32,000 bases of DNA, from positions 840,001 to 872,000 of the forward strand of contig NC_010628.1 in NCBI RefSeq assembly GCF_000020025.1. Reading direction: 5' to 3'. The position numbers and the translations under genes are program-made. Shown here piece after piece: positions 1-10,098 of this stretch. The DNA is from Nostoc punctiforme PCC 73102. Lineage in GTDB: Bacteria > Cyanobacteriota > Cyanobacteriia > Cyanobacteriales > Nostocaceae. Under the pieces are notes generated by a model. The model searched no databases. It was given only the letters and a program-made list of their open reading frames with translations, and had not been told where the DNA came from. Positions within the stretch are counted from its first letter, which is position 1. Each line of letters starts with the position of its first letter.

Positions 1-148
1 GTAGTACTTTCAATGCTACCGCCGCCGATGGAACTGCCATAACGGTGCCTCCATCAGCTTCTAACACGGTAGTAATGTAAAAGCGGCTATCGTCATCATC
101 ATCAACTACGAGGATGTTTAAGCCAGCAAGGGGGAGAGGAGGTTCCAT
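1..148 (-). CDS. Response regulator receiver-domain protein, N-terminal ~49 codons only (gene runs off the left edge)
   Basis: Reverse complement of 148..1 reads ATG then MEPPLPLAGLNILVVDDDDDSRFYITTVLEADGGTVMAVPSAAVALKVL. This is the beta1 'ILVVDD' acidic pocket and alpha1 of a CheY-like receiver. It is absent from the ORF track because it is truncated. Confidence 0.6.
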   Translation of the reverse strand, partial: MEPPLPLAGLNILVVDDDDDSRFYITTVLEADGGTVMAVPSAAVALKVL

Positions 149-570
149 AACATCTCCATAAATGTTTATCAAATGAAAGTTATTTCTAATGAGCTGCTGG
201 TTTTTGTCTTTTACCACACCCTTGGTAATTTTACTGCGATCGCGCCTATTTTCCTAGACAATAATTCAATTTTTCTAGCCACCATCTAATTGATGGTTAA
301 TTATTCGCTGGAATTTATAATTCTTGACTGGATAAAATTATATTTGTGTTTAAATTCATTTTCACAAATAATTGTTTTACAAAATTATTTGGATAATCGC
401 TGCCTATTTTATTACAAAAAACTTGCGATTTTGCTGGGACTTTTCAATTTAGCAATTATGACATTTTTAACATCTAATTTGTATAAATTAAATCAAGCTC
501 TTATAGGGGGTCATCTTGCCCGCCATAACTATTTAAGTTAAATGTAGAGTAGCTTACCAAAGCTATAGCC

Positions 571-618
571 AAAAAAAATAGACAATGCCAAAACTCAAAA
601 CCAGTCAGCTCGGCATTG
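571..618 (-). terminator. Candidate intrinsic terminator downstream of guaA
   Basis: On the minus strand the stem is CAAUGCC (589-583) / GGCAUUG (618-612) with a 22-nt loop. After 4 nt it is followed by a run of 8 U (A-run 571-578 on plus). The long loop lowers confidence. Confidence 0.4.
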
Positions 619-708
619 CCATTTAAAATATGTGAATCTAAATTACTGCAAAGAACATGAATAATCGGAAAGAGGATGAGCTATTAGTTAACTCAACTCA
701 AAACTTAA

Positions 709-2331
709 TTACTCCCATTCAATGGTTCCAGGCGGCTTAGAGGTGATGTCATAAACCACCCGATTCACCCCTTTCACTTCATTTACAATCCGCGTGGAAA
801 TCACTTCCAGGACATCGTAAGGCACTCTCGCCCAATCAGCAGTCATGCCATCTTCACTGGTAACAATTCGCAAGACAATGGGGTAAGCGTAAGTACGTTG
901 ATCGCCCATAACGCCAACACTACGGATTGGCAGCAATACAGCAAATGCTTGCCAGAAATCATGATACATACCGCGTTGGTTAATTTCTTGCCGCACAATC
1001 AAATCAGCATCGCGCAAAATATTTAACCGCTCAGATGTAACTTCCCCCAAAATGCGAATTGCCAAACCAGGCCCAGGAAAAGGTTGTCGTTGGACAATTT
1101 CTTCTGGTAAACCAATGGAACGCCCAACTTTGCGGACTTCATCTTTAAATAATTTCCGCAGTGGTTCCACCAATTTAAATCTTAGGTCTTTGGGTAAACC
1201 GCCAACATTATGATGGCTCTTAATTTTCACCGCTACCCGCTCACCAGTTTGAGGATCGGCGTTGGTGTCAGCAGATTCGATGACATCTGGATAAAGAGTG
1301 CCTTGAGCTAGATAGTCAAAATGACCAAGGCGCTTGGATGTTTCCTCAAATACATTGATAAATTCGTGTCCGATGCGGCGGCGTTTTTCTTCAGGATCCG
1401 TAACACCAGCAACCTTAGCTAAAAAGCGATCGCGGGCATTCACATACTCTACAGGAATGTGAAACTGCTCTTGGAACAGCTTTACTAATCGCTCTGGCTC
1501 ATACTTTCGCATAAAGCCTTGATCGATAAACACACAAGTTAGTTGCTCGCCAATGGCTTTATACAGTAAGAACGCCAGGGTAGAAGAATCAACTCCCCCA
1601 GATAGTGCCAAAAGCACTCGCTTCTCGCCAACTCTGGTGCGAATTTCCCGAATTGCCTCTTCAACAAAAGCCGCAGTTGTCCAAGTGGGTTCGCAATCGC
1701 AGATATGGTAGACAAAATTACGAATTAATGCTATGCCACCAATAGAATGCACCACCTCTGGATGGAATTGAACGCCGTAAAGTTTCCTTTCGTGGTCAGC
1801 GATCGCAGCACAGGGGGTATTTTCTGTATGTGCCAGCAATTCAAACCCTGATGGCATTTGGGTAACTGAGTCTCCGTGACTCATCCACATCGTGGTACCA
1901 TCTTCAACATTAGTGAGCAAATCTGTGGGATCGTCAATATATAATGAGGCTTTGCCGTACTCACCTCGGTCAGCCTTTGCAACTTCGCCACCGAGTTGGT
2001 TTACCATTAGCTGCATCCCATAGCAAACACCCAAGACGGGTATTCCTAAATTCCAGATTTCAGGATCGCAATGAGGAGCGTTGTCACCATAAACCGAACT
2101 CGGTCCACCAGAGAGGATAATTCCCTTGGGATTGAGTTGGCGCAATTGTTCAGAAGTAGTGCGATAGGATAAAACTTCAGAGTATACTTGAGTCTCGCGG
2201 ATGCGGCGGGCAATCAACTCAGAATATTGAGAGCCGAAGTCCAGAATTATAATTAATGGGCGATCAAACCGCCCAACATTTTCCAATGTTTGGGGCGCTT
2301 GTTCTGTCGGTAGAGTCACCACTGTATTCAT
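709..2331 (-). CDS. guaA: GMP synthase (glutamine-hydrolysing)
   Basis: 540 aa. N-terminal class-I glutamine amidotransferase (GVCYGMQ catalytic Cys, HPE), ATP-pyrophosphatase P-loop SGGVDSS, and the C-terminal dimerisation domain ending [11 protein letters not shown] start. Confidence 0.97.
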   Translation of the reverse strand: MNTVVTLPTEQAPQTLENVGRFDRPLIIILDFGSQYSELIARRIRETQVYSEVLSYRTTSEQLRQLNPKGIILSGGPSSVYGDNAPHCDPEIWNLGIPVLGVCYGMQLMVNQLGGEVAKADRGEYGKASLYIDDPTDLLTNVEDGTTMWMSHGDSVTQMPSGFELLAHTENTPCAAIADHERKLYGVQFHPEVVHSIGGIALIRNFVYHICDCEPTWTTAAFVEEAIREIRTRVGEKRVLLALSGGVDSSTLAFLLYKAIGEQLTCVFIDQGFMRKYEPERLVKLFQEQFHIPVEYVNARDRFLAKVAGVTDPEEKRRRIGHEFINVFEETSKRLGHFDYLAQGTLYPDVIESADTNADPQTGERVAVKIKSHHNVGGLPKDLRFKLVEPLRKLFKDEVRKVGRSIGLPEEIVQRQPFPGPGLAIRILGEVTSERLNILRDADLIVRQEINQRGMYHDFWQAFAVLLPIRSVGVMGDQRTYAYPIVLRIVTSEDGMTADWARVPYDVLEVISTRIVNEVKGVNRVVYDITSKPPGTIEWE

Positions 2332-2424
2332 GATGGAAGTGTTATGTCTGTTAAGGATAGATGCTTTATGGTCTATGGTGATGCTATTATTCAGCCTGCT
2401 TAGGCTGATAATGGTATATAAGCC

Positions 2425-2458
2425 CTAGACAAACGCGAGGTTATGTGCGTTGGTCTAG
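2425..2458 (-). terminator. Stem-loop between cbiD and guaA (possible terminator/processing hairpin)
   Basis: CTAGACAAACGC (2425-2436) pairs with GCGTTGGTCTAG (2447-2458), 11 of 12 bp, 10-nt loop. There is no U-run after it on the minus strand, so it is not a canonical intrinsic terminator. Confidence 0.3.
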
Positions 2459-2555
2459 TCCCGGAGCTAGAGATGGTATGAAAATGATAAACTTACCCTA
2501 GAGTGGTTACTTAAAAGATTATTTATTTGGATTGTTTACGATTATTCATAATAAA

Positions 2556-3668
2556 TTAACATAATTTTCCCATCAACAGACCAGCAGTTTTACTCTTCAC
2601 GATAATTTTGCGATCGCGATCGAAGAGAATTGAGCCACAGACTGTAACCTCTGTGCGCCTTTCACTATGGCTTTGAATGTATTCTTGGGAACGAACATCG
2701 ATAGTTTCTGCGATCGCACTATAAACTTGATTTACCCAATCACTGCCGGTTGAAGCATCTAGGGATTTTAGATATATTAGTGCTGCTTCGGCAGTAGCAC
2801 TATTAAATACAGCTTGGATATCTGGTGATTTTAAACCTGCGATCGCACAGTGCGCGGCCAAAATTTCTCGCCGTCCATCAGCTAAGTAGTGATGCGTGTG
2901 AAAAATCCCTCCAGCCAGCTTCATCAGCTTACCGTGATAGCCAAATAATAAGATTTCTTTCACGCCCATCACATCAGCTTCTACTAACATTGGGCCAAGC
3001 CAGTTAGCAGTTTTGACCAATTGTTCGGGATTAATCCCTAGTTTACGCGCTAAATCTAGGCCATTCTCGCCGATACAGAATACTAAACTCTCAAAACGAC
3101 TAGCTTTATTTTGTAATTCTGCCCGAAAAACTGCAAGCTGATCGGGTGTACTCAAAGGTTGAGAAATGCCGGTTGTGCCTAAAAGAGAAAGTCCTTCAAC
3201 CACACCAAAAGCAGAATTTGAAGTCCGAACAGCAAGCGATCGCCCTTCGGGTAGAATAATCGTCACTGTGATTTTTTCCCCTGGTGCTAGCATTCGTTGC
3301 AAGTTTTCTTTTAAAAGTCTTTGAGCATAAGCATAAATAGCAGGTTTGTCACCAGCATTCATCTGTCTGCCAATCCCTTCCCCACCTTTTATAATTACAG
3401 TCTCCCCCTGTTCTCGCCATTCCACCAATGCCCAAATCGGTGTATCTTTAGTCAAATCGAGATTATCACCGGGATCGCTGCGAGTTATTGCTAAAGCTGT
3501 ATGTTCAGATAGTCCTGCTACTTGTTCAATTGGGATTTCGGCGATTTGAGCCGGTTCAATCAAATCTACAGAGGCAAAAGTTAGGGATTTGCGATCGTGT
3601 AACCAGTGTAAAGCTGCAACAGCAGCAGCGCAGGCAAATACGGGAAGTGTGTATCCAGAACGGGACAT
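2556..3668 (-). CDS. cbiD: Cobalt-precorrin-5B (C1)-methyltransferase
   Basis: 370 aa. The N-terminus MSRSGYTLPVFACAAAVAAL, the motifs GGEGIGRxT-like and GLSLLGTTGI, and the overall length are typical of CbiD. Confidence 0.88.
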   Translation of the reverse strand: MSRSGYTLPVFACAAAVAALHWLHDRKSLTFASVDLIEPAQIAEIPIEQVAGLSEHTALAITRSDPGDNLDLTKDTPIWALVEWREQGETVIIKGGEGIGRQMNAGDKPAIYAYAQRLLKENLQRMLAPGEKITVTIILPEGRSLAVRTSNSAFGVVEGLSLLGTTGISQPLSTPDQLAVFRAELQNKASRFESLVFCIGENGLDLARKLGINPEQLVKTANWLGPMLVEADVMGVKEILLFGYHGKLMKLAGGIFHTHHYLADGRREILAAHCAIAGLKSPDIQAVFNSATAEAALIYLKSLDASTGSDWVNQVYSAIAETIDVRSQEYIQSHSERRTEVTVCGSILFDRDRKIIVKSKTAGLLMGKLC

Positions 3669-3869
3669 TTTGTAAATTTAAAAGTCAAAATAATTATTTA
3701 AAATTGTTCGCGCAGCGTCTCGTAGAGAAGACAGTTTTAGATGGCAATTTAGACCGAACTGTAGCTTACTTAAAGGTAACGACCCAAATCAGCAGCAGTA
3801 GTGAGCCTTCAACCTACAACCAACAGACTACGACTGTCCTCTGTATTTGATTGATTATGCAACCGCTTA

Positions 3870-4328
3870 CTAAAAACTAGGATAGTTCTGACTACCTTCA
3901 AACATCGATTCTAGCTGCTCAACTGTTGAAAGAATTGCCTCTATATCTCCATCTGAAGCCAACTCCTTAATTTCCTTGAGACGTTCCAATACTGCTGCTT
4001 TCCCATCTGCAAGTAATACATTGAACTGATACCAATTGTACAGGTGATACAGCAAGTGATACGCAACACCCATATCTAGTTCATGACTGGGTTCACGTAG
4101 AAATAACTCTAAATCAACTAACCAGTCTATTGCGGCTCCAATCCCATCAACATAAGTGTGAAAAACAGCAGTTTTCAGCATCTCTTCTGGTGCATTGGGA
4201 TAAGCTTGGTGGAATGCCTGTTTTGCCTCACTACTCAGGTTACTACGTTGTAGCAAGGTTTGTACAATTTCCCAACGTTGTTCTCGACTGAATTGTTTTG
4301 GCGTGTTCGCATCCTGTGACTGTTGCAT
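3870..4328 (-). CDS. Hypothetical protein (helical, acidic; family not recognised)
   Basis: 152-aa ORF with ATG start (cat at 4326-4328) and coding-like composition. Same strand as its neighbours. I could not assign a motif. Confidence 0.6.
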   Translation of the reverse strand: MQQSQDANTPKQFSREQRWEIVQTLLQRSNLSSEAKQAFHQAYPNAPEEMLKTAVFHTYVDGIGAAIDWLVDLELFLREPSHELDMGVAYHLLYHLYNWYQFNVLLADGKAAVLERLKEIKELASDGDIEAILSTVEQLESMFEGSQNYPSF

Positions 4329-4476
4329 CTAAGCCCATCCAATAAAGCTCACAGTATAACCAGTCTGCCTTAACTGCGATCGCCTAACCAAGTAATTCAT
4401 AAATAGTCAAGATATTTGTTTAATCTATGAGGGTTGCTTTAGTCAGTCTATCAACTAACTTAAGACAAAATTTTAG

Positions 4477-4773
4477 TTAGACTCCCACTTCTGATAAGAG
4501 AGCTTCCATAGCTTCCCAAGAAATTCCTTGTTGAATATAACGAGGTGCTTCAGGATTATAAGGACTGGCTACTCGGTCAATATTGAGGATAATTGCCTCA
4601 TCTGGTAGAACTGGTACATCTGCATCAAATGCGGTTGGACGCATCAAGGAACTGGAAAAGCCTTTGAAAATAGCAATTGTATCTTCCTCATCGGCAATTT
4701 CTACCGTTACAATTAGGACTTCTTGGGGGCGTTTAGCGGTGTATTGTTCCAGTCGCTTACCAATGGAATTCAT
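4477..4773 (-). CDS. Small conserved-looking hypothetical protein
   Basis: 98-aa ORF with ATG start at 4773. It lies 36 nt downstream of the membrane-protein gene on the same strand and has non-repetitive acidic composition. Family not recognised. Confidence 0.6.
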   Translation of the reverse strand: MNSIGKRLEQYTAKRPQEVLIVTVEIADEEDTIAIFKGFSSSLMRPTAFDADVPVLPDEAIILNIDRVASPYNPEAPRYIQQGISWEAMEALLSEVGV

Positions 4774-4809
4774 TTTTTTAAAAGTATGGGTATGGTTGCG
4801 TAGCGACAG

Positions 4810-5406
4810 TTATTGTGGTGAGGCTGAACGTCCCTGTTTGCCAAGCTTAATTAGAACAAAATAGCTTAAGTAAACCACATAAATTACTAAACTAGTTATG
4901 CCAAGAAAACCTAAAAACTCAGCTTTGCTATTAGCATGAAAATATTCTTTGAATAATAATGGAATCTCAAACCAGACCTTACAATAGGCAGTCTTCATCA
5001 CACTGGCAGAAAAAGCACAACCCAAAAATGGGATCAACGCTAGTGTACCCAAAATACAATAAACAGTTGTAGCCCAGCGCCAAGAGGTAAAAATAAATTT
5101 CAAAACTCCACTGGTTTGATACTCAATTTCATCATTGATATCTACCCAGAACCACAGTGAAATTGGGATTAAAATCTGAGCCATCAATCCAGAGATAAAG
5201 CTAACTGGATACTGGGCAATCATTAAGTAAATCGTGATTGCCACCAAGCTTGATACTTTCCAGTATATAGTCAATAAGCGTTGTATACTTTCTGCTTTTT
5301 GCACAAATGCCCAAATTAAAAGAATTAACGGAATAATTACCAGAAATAATACTGCCAATCGGTAATCAATCCAGATGAAAGGGCGAAACCAAACGTTATA
5401 GTCCAT
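4810..5406 (-). CDS. Multi-pass integral membrane protein (unknown function)
   Basis: The track ORF 4810..5418 starts at TTG, and the first ATG is at 5406 (MDYNVWFRPF...). It has about five to six hydrophobic helices, e.g. LAVLFLVIIPLILLIWAFV and VSSLVAITIYLMIAQ. Confidence 0.65.
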   Translation of the reverse strand: MDYNVWFRPFIWIDYRLAVLFLVIIPLILLIWAFVQKAESIQRLLTIYWKVSSLVAITIYLMIAQYPVSFISGLMAQILIPISLWFWVDINDEIEYQTSGVLKFIFTSWRWATTVYCILGTLALIPFLGCAFSASVMKTAYCKVWFEIPLLFKEYFHANSKAEFLGFLGITSLVIYVVYLSYFVLIKLGKQGRSASPQ

Positions 5407-5622
5407 AGTTTTTCTCAAGCGATAAATAAAACAATTTAAACTAAGAGCAAGTATCCATAACTGACAAACTTGTAAGCTATTAGCTAGCTAGTAGTCTATC
5501 TATATTACAAACAGTTTAATCAAAGCACAAAATCTAGCCTTAAGACTGCGCTCTAACTTTTTGGGGAAAGCAAGTGGCTACCCAACTTATACCATTTCAC
5601 GCAGTTTCTACTATAAACACGT

Positions 5623-5654
5623 TTGTAGGGGCATACAGATGTATGCCCCTACAA
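5623..5654. repeat. Perfect 14-bp palindromic hairpin element TTGTAGGGGCATAC-AGAT-GTATGCCCCTACAA
   Basis: Arms 5623-5636 and 5641-5654 are perfectly complementary. A related copy, TGTAGGGGCA-N10-TGCTCCTACA, sits at 30241-30270. This looks like a dispersed small palindromic repeat family. Confidence 0.8.
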
Positions 5655-6080
5655 CCAATTCATGCCTTGCAAAGATTTTTGGAAAAATTTTTAAATGGTA
5701 AGTTGTTTAATTTACTTTCCTAAATCTCTCAATTTGGCAAATAAACAAGCAACTCAAAGATCCTTAACTTAGATTTACACTTACCTGTAGTAGCGTTAGG
5801 GAACCTGTTAAAAGCCCACCTAGCAGCTATATACTTGATACTCGCGGACAAAAACCAATTTTTGTGAGTGTAAAGGTTTCCTTTTAAGAGAAAAATTCTC
5901 AAAGCTTAACCCTGATACATCCGTAACTTCAGATATTTCACCATTTTTTGTCCATTGGAGAAAATAATGAAACAGAGAGAGTACGGTTTTAGCCGGAAGT
6001 AGCGTAAAAGTGCGAAATCTCAGTAAGTAAATCTTGGTTGCTTGGTGATAAACGAACAGAAAATTCACTTATTTAAATTT

Positions 6081-6326
6081 CTAGTCGTCATAAACCCGGC
6101 ATTCAATTGCATCTGGGTTGTCATCACAATACTGTTCTAGAGAATTTTTGGGCTTGCTTTGGCGCTTGTGGGAAGCTTCGGCTTGCAATTCTTCTACTGC
6201 ATCCCAAGCAGCAGCACATTCTGGTGAACCGCTACCGTTAATGTCACAGACAGTACGCGCTTGTTCTACTTCTTCTTGGATTTTCTCTTGGATGTCGCTT
6301 GTTGCTGTTTCTTGGATGTTGGTCAT
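6081..6326 (-). CDS. cp12: Calvin-cycle regulator CP12
   Basis: 81 aa. It has the core AWDAVEEL motif, an N-terminal Cys pair (C..GSGSPEC) and the C-terminal Cys pair in YCDDNPDAIECRVYDD. All three are diagnostic of CP12. Confidence 0.92.
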   Translation of the reverse strand: MTNIQETATSDIQEKIQEEVEQARTVCDINGSGSPECAAAWDAVEELQAEASHKRQSKPKNSLEQYCDDNPDAIECRVYDD

Positions 6327-6699
6327 TGCTTTAGTCTCGTTGTGTGTTGTTAATACTAGTATAGAAAAACTTCAGAAATGGCAGATTTTAGCTTGATTAC
6401 TAACCATTCTAACTATTCAGTTCATAAGTTAGTACTTTAGCCTATTGATTTATAACCAATATAGTAAACTGCCGCATCTATAATGCATTCATCTTTATGT
6501 TTTAAGATTTTGTGGGATTAGTACCATAGATAAACAATCATACAATATATTTAGATGCATCTATTAGGGAATAACAACCCCAGCTTCTTGGGATGGAGGA
6601 GACAAAAGGCTGGCACTAATTCTTGTAGGATGCAATTCTTCCCAAAATAAAAATACATCAAAATCTACTAGCACAAAAAGAGAAAGAAGCTCAAAACTC

Positions 6700-7935
6700 A
6701 TGGCAGACCAAATGCAGTGGGCAAATGCCCTATCAACCCGTCATTCTTTAGAAGCCGCCGTTACAGATGTGGTGGAACGAGCTGTCTCATTGTTAACAGC
6801 ACCTGCGGATCTAGGACTGGTATTCATTTCGTCTGCTTTTACGAGTGAGTATTCCCGATTGTTACCTTTGTTAGCTGAGAAACTTTCTGTACCAGTGCTA
6901 ATTGGCTGTAGTGGTGGAGGTGTGATTGGGACAACAGTTAACGGAGAAATCCAAGAACTCGAAGCTGAACCAGCTATTAGCTTGACTTTAGCACATCTTC
7001 CAGGGGTGAAGGTTCAAGTTTTTCATGTTGTTGCTGAAGAATTACCTGACTTAGATAGTTCTCCAGATGCTTGGGTTGATTTGATTGGTGTGCCAGCATC
7101 ACCAACACCCCAGTTTATTTTGCTATCTAGTTCCTTCGCCTCTGGAATCAACGATTTGTTGCAGGGGTTGGATTTTGCTTATCCAGGATCGGTGATAGTG
7201 GGAGGACAAGCTAGTGGTGGGGGTATGGGTGGTCGTGTTGCCCTATTTTGTAATGAGAGTGACGGCGAGGAATGTCAAAGCCTTTATCGTGAGGGCACTG
7301 TTGGGATAGCTTTGACTGGCAATATTGTTTTGGAAACGATTGTAGCCCAAGGATGCCGACCGATTGGCAAACCGTTGCAAGTTACAAAAGCCGATCGCAA
7401 CATCATCTTAGAGTTAGATGAGCAAGTACCGCTAGTGGTGTTACGAGATTTGATTGCTAGTCTTAGCGAACACGAACGAACTTTAGCACAGCACTCTTTG
7501 TTTGTTGGTGTGGCGATGGATGAGTTTAAGCTGGCTTTGCAGCAGGGAGACTTTTTAATTCGTGGTATTCTTGGGGTCGATCCAACAGCTGGAGCGATCG
7601 CAATTGGCGATCGTGTTCGTCCTGGTCAAAGGCTACAATTCCACCTACGCGATGCCCAAGCCTCTGCTGAAGACCTAGAATTACTCCTCCAAAGTTATCA
7701 AACCCAACGAGAATCTGAACCCTCTGCCGTCGCTGCCTTAATGTTTGCCTGTCTGGGACGAGGCGAAGGACTCTATGGTAAACCCAATTTCGATTCTGAA
7801 CTATTTCGCCGCTACCTCAGCGATATTCCTGTAGGTGGCTTTTTCTGTGGTGGTGAAATCGGCCCTGTTGGTGGCAGAACCTTCTTACACGCCTACACTT
7901 CCGCATTTGGAATTTGTCGCCAGAATCAGTTATGA
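6700..7935 (+). CDS. FIST-domain (FIST_N + FIST_C) sensory protein, stand-alone
   Basis: 411 aa. The N-terminal 'LGLVFISSAF' block and the C-terminal 'ALMFACLGRGEGLYG...GGFFCGGEIGPVGG' block are typical of FIST N and C domains. No output domain is attached. Confidence 0.8.
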   Translation: MADQMQWANALSTRHSLEAAVTDVVERAVSLLTAPADLGLVFISSAFTSEYSRLLPLLAEKLSVPVLIGCSGGGVIGTTVNGEIQELEAEPAISLTLAHLPGVKVQVFHVVAEELPDLDSSPDAWVDLIGVPASPTPQFILLSSSFASGINDLLQGLDFAYPGSVIVGGQASGGGMGGRVALFCNESDGEECQSLYREGTVGIALTGNIVLETIVAQGCRPIGKPLQVTKADRNIILELDEQVPLVVLRDLIASLSEHERTLAQHSLFVGVAMDEFKLALQQGDFLIRGILGVDPTAGAIAIGDRVRPGQRLQFHLRDAQASAEDLELLLQSYQTQRESEPSAVAALMFACLGRGEGLYGKPNFDSELFRRYLSDIPVGGFFCGGEIGPVGGRTFLHAYTSAFGICRQNQL

Positions 7936-7998
7936 ATTATGAATTAGACTGTTGACCATACAGCAATCTTATCTAATTCGTGAAAATTCGCCGTGTCC

Positions 7999-8031
7999 AG
8001 ATCCCCGACTTCTTTAAGAAGTCGGGGATCT
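7999..8031. repeat. Palindromic hairpin AGATCCCCGACTTC-TTTAA-GAAGTCGGGGATCT (dispersed Nostoc-type palindrome; possible terminator of the FIST gene)
   Basis: Perfect 14-bp arms at 7999-8012 and 8018-8031, 64 nt after the FIST stop codon. No clean U-run follows. Confidence 0.6.
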
Positions 8032-8308
8032 AACTTTTCACTGTCCTTCTATATTTGCAGATATATATCGAGATAAACGCTCTGAATACTTATCTATATA
8101 GACAAATATATTTTTTGTATAGGCTAGTTTAAATATTAATTTATACCTTGTATTCTCTAACAAAAAGCTCGATGATTGATTGAGGAAAGACATAGCTATA
8201 GGTTAGCTAATAATAATGCCAATATAATTCATTATTGTTTCTGATTAATTTCCCGAAAATATCTGATATTTCTCTGAAATTTATTCATGTTGGAGTGGAA
8301 ATAGTCCA

Positions 8309-10054
8309 ATGTTAGAAGGATGGATTCAAATTGCCTTAACGCTGTTAATTATAGTAGCGATTACTCCATTTTTTGGGAGCTATATGGCGCGTGTATACCT
8401 AGAGCAGAGTACTTTTCTCGACCCAGTTTTGAATCTGGTTGAGCGAGTGCTTTATGCTTTAGTTGGTGTTAAAGCCAAAGAAAATATGACGGGTTGGCAG
8501 TATGGGCGGGCAATCGTTTACAGCAACGTAGTCATGGGATTGCTACTTTTCTTTATCATCATGAGTCAAGGATGGTTGCCCCTCAATCCCACGGGGATAA
8601 ATGCCCCAACTTGGGATACAGCGCTGCATACTACCATTTCCTTTATTACTAATACTAACCAGCAACATTATTCTGGTGAAACCTACATGAGCTACGCCAG
8701 CCAAATGTGGGGGTTGGGTTATCACATGTTCACCTCTGCTGGTACTGGTTTGGCAGTAGGAATTGCTTTTATTCGGGGATTGACGGGTAGATCGTTAGGC
8801 AACTTTTATGTAGACCTAATTCGCTCAATTACCCGAATTTTGCTGCCTATTTGTATTGTTGGCGGCATTGTCTTGATAGCTGCTGGTGTTCCCGAAACCC
8901 TGGCGGGTGTAGCTGTATTTCCGACTTTGGAAGATCCGAATATTAGTCAGGCGATCGCACGTGGCCCTGTTGCCCATTTTGAAATTATCAAGCAATTAGG
9001 AGAAAACGGCGGTGGCTTTTTCGCCATCAACTCAGCACACCCCTTTGAAAATCCCAGCGGATTTACTAATTTAATTCAGATCGTGGCAATGCTTTCGATT
9101 CCCACGTCCCTGATCTATACATACGGTTTGTTTGCCAATAACACCAAACAAGCGTTGTTACTCTACGGCATGATCGGGGTAATTTTTCTAGGATTTCTGA
9201 TTGTTACTGCCATTGGTGAATATAACGGTAATCCTGCTGTAAATGCGCTTTTGGGCAGTCAGCAACCGAATCTAGAGGGGAAAGAAGTCCGGTTTGGTTG
9301 GGCACAATCTGCATTATTTGCCGTAAGTACAACTGGTACTATGTGCGGCGCAGTCAATAGTTTACACGACTCCTTTATGCCCGCCGGCGGTTTTATCTTT
9401 CTTTCTAATATGTTCCTGCAAATCATGTGGGGTGGACAGGGTACAGGAACAGCTTACTTGTTTGCCTATAGCATTCTGGCGGTATTTGTAACAGGTTTGA
9501 TGGTGGGACGCACGCCAGAATTTTTGGGACGCAAGATTGAAAAGCGGGAAGTCGTACTTGCTAGCTTCTTGATTTTGCTAGTTCACCCCATTGCCATTTT
9601 AATTCCGGGGGGAATCGCCTTAGCTTTTCCTGACCAATTGGCAGGGATTAGTAATCCTGGCTTTCATGGCTTTTCTCAGGTGATTTACGAATATGCCTCA
9701 GCTGCTGCGAACAACGGTTCTGGCTTTGAAGGTTTAGGAGATTCACAACCTTCACCATTAGCGATCGCTAATGGTACTCAACCAACTGCAACCGCTTTGT
9801 GGTGGAACTTGAGTACCTGCTTCAGTTTACTCGCTGGACGCTATATCCCAATTTTAGGTTTGCTGTTATTAGCAGATAGTATGTCTCGCAAGCAAGCTGT
9901 TCCTTACACAACTGGTACATTACGAACCGACACCGGACTATTTACAGGCGTTACCGCAGGCGTAATTTTAATCTTGGGCGCACTTACATTCTTCCCAGTG
10001 CTGGCATTAGGCCCCATCGCTGAAGCCTTTTTTATCGCCAAAGGTATTGGCTAG
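8309..10054 (+). CDS. kdpA: Potassium-transporting ATPase subunit A
   Basis: 581 aa polytopic membrane protein. It has KdpA selectivity-filter-like motifs ([35 protein letters not shown]) and is followed by kdpB and kdpC. Confidence 0.95.
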   Translation: MLEGWIQIALTLLIIVAITPFFGSYMARVYLEQSTFLDPVLNLVERVLYALVGVKAKENMTGWQYGRAIVYSNVVMGLLLFFIIMSQGWLPLNPTGINAPTWDTALHTTISFITNTNQQHYSGETYMSYASQMWGLGYHMFTSAGTGLAVGIAFIRGLTGRSLGNFYVDLIRSITRILLPICIVGGIVLIAAGVPETLAGVAVFPTLEDPNISQAIARGPVAHFEIIKQLGENGGGFFAINSAHPFENPSGFTNLIQIVAMLSIPTSLIYTYGLFANNTKQALLLYGMIGVIFLGFLIVTAIGEYNGNPAVNALLGSQQPNLEGKEVRFGWAQSALFAVSTTGTMCGAVNSLHDSFMPAGGFIFLSNMFLQIMWGGQGTGTAYLFAYSILAVFVTGLMVGRTPEFLGRKIEKREVVLASFLILLVHPIAILIPGGIALAFPDQLAGISNPGFHGFSQVIYEYASAAANNGSGFEGLGDSQPSPLAIANGTQPTATALWWNLSTCFSLLAGRYIPILGLLLLADSMSRKQAVPYTTGTLRTDTGLFTGVTAGVILILGALTFFPVLALGPIAEAFFIAKGIG

Positions 10055-10056
10055 TA

Positions 10057-10085
10057 GGGAGAGGGGAGGGGCGAGGGAACAAGGG
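10057..10085 (+). other. G-run tract matching the G-quadruplex consensus
   Basis: GGGAGAGGGGAGGGGCGAGGGAACAAGGG has five runs of at least 3 G (10057-59, 10063-66, 10068-71, 10075-77, 10083-85) with loops of 7 nt or less. It begins 3 nt after the kdpA stop codon, on the sense strand. Confidence 0.6.
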
Positions 10086-10098
10086 AAATTAGAAAGTT

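Noticed and set aside
290-541. 83-aa plus-strand ORF in the response-regulator/guaA intergenic region.
   Set aside because: It has a TTG start, extremely AT-rich low-complexity sequence (Leu/Ile/Asn/Phe/Tyr) and no SD. It lies in a promoter/terminator region.
2825-3850. Plus-strand ORFs 2825-3007, 3346-3549 and 3488-3850, antisense to cbiD.
   Set aside because: They lie antisense within, or partly overlap, a well-supported gene. Their products are Ser/Pro/Leu/Arg-rich shadow-frame sequences.
5820-6068. 82-aa minus-strand ORF just downstream of cp12.
   Set aside because: It has a GTG start, no SD, an AT-rich composition with atypical residue usage and no recognisable motif. It is probably non-coding 3' region, though I cannot exclude a small gene.
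7936-8308. Looked for a kdpF micro-ORF or a c-di-AMP (ydaO-type) riboswitch upstream of kdpA.
   Set aside because: Only a 5-codon ORF (ATGTTGGAGTGGAAATAG) is present. The region is AT-rich and lacks the conserved G/C-rich pseudo-symmetric ydaO core. The only strong structure is the generic AGATCCCCGAC palindrome.
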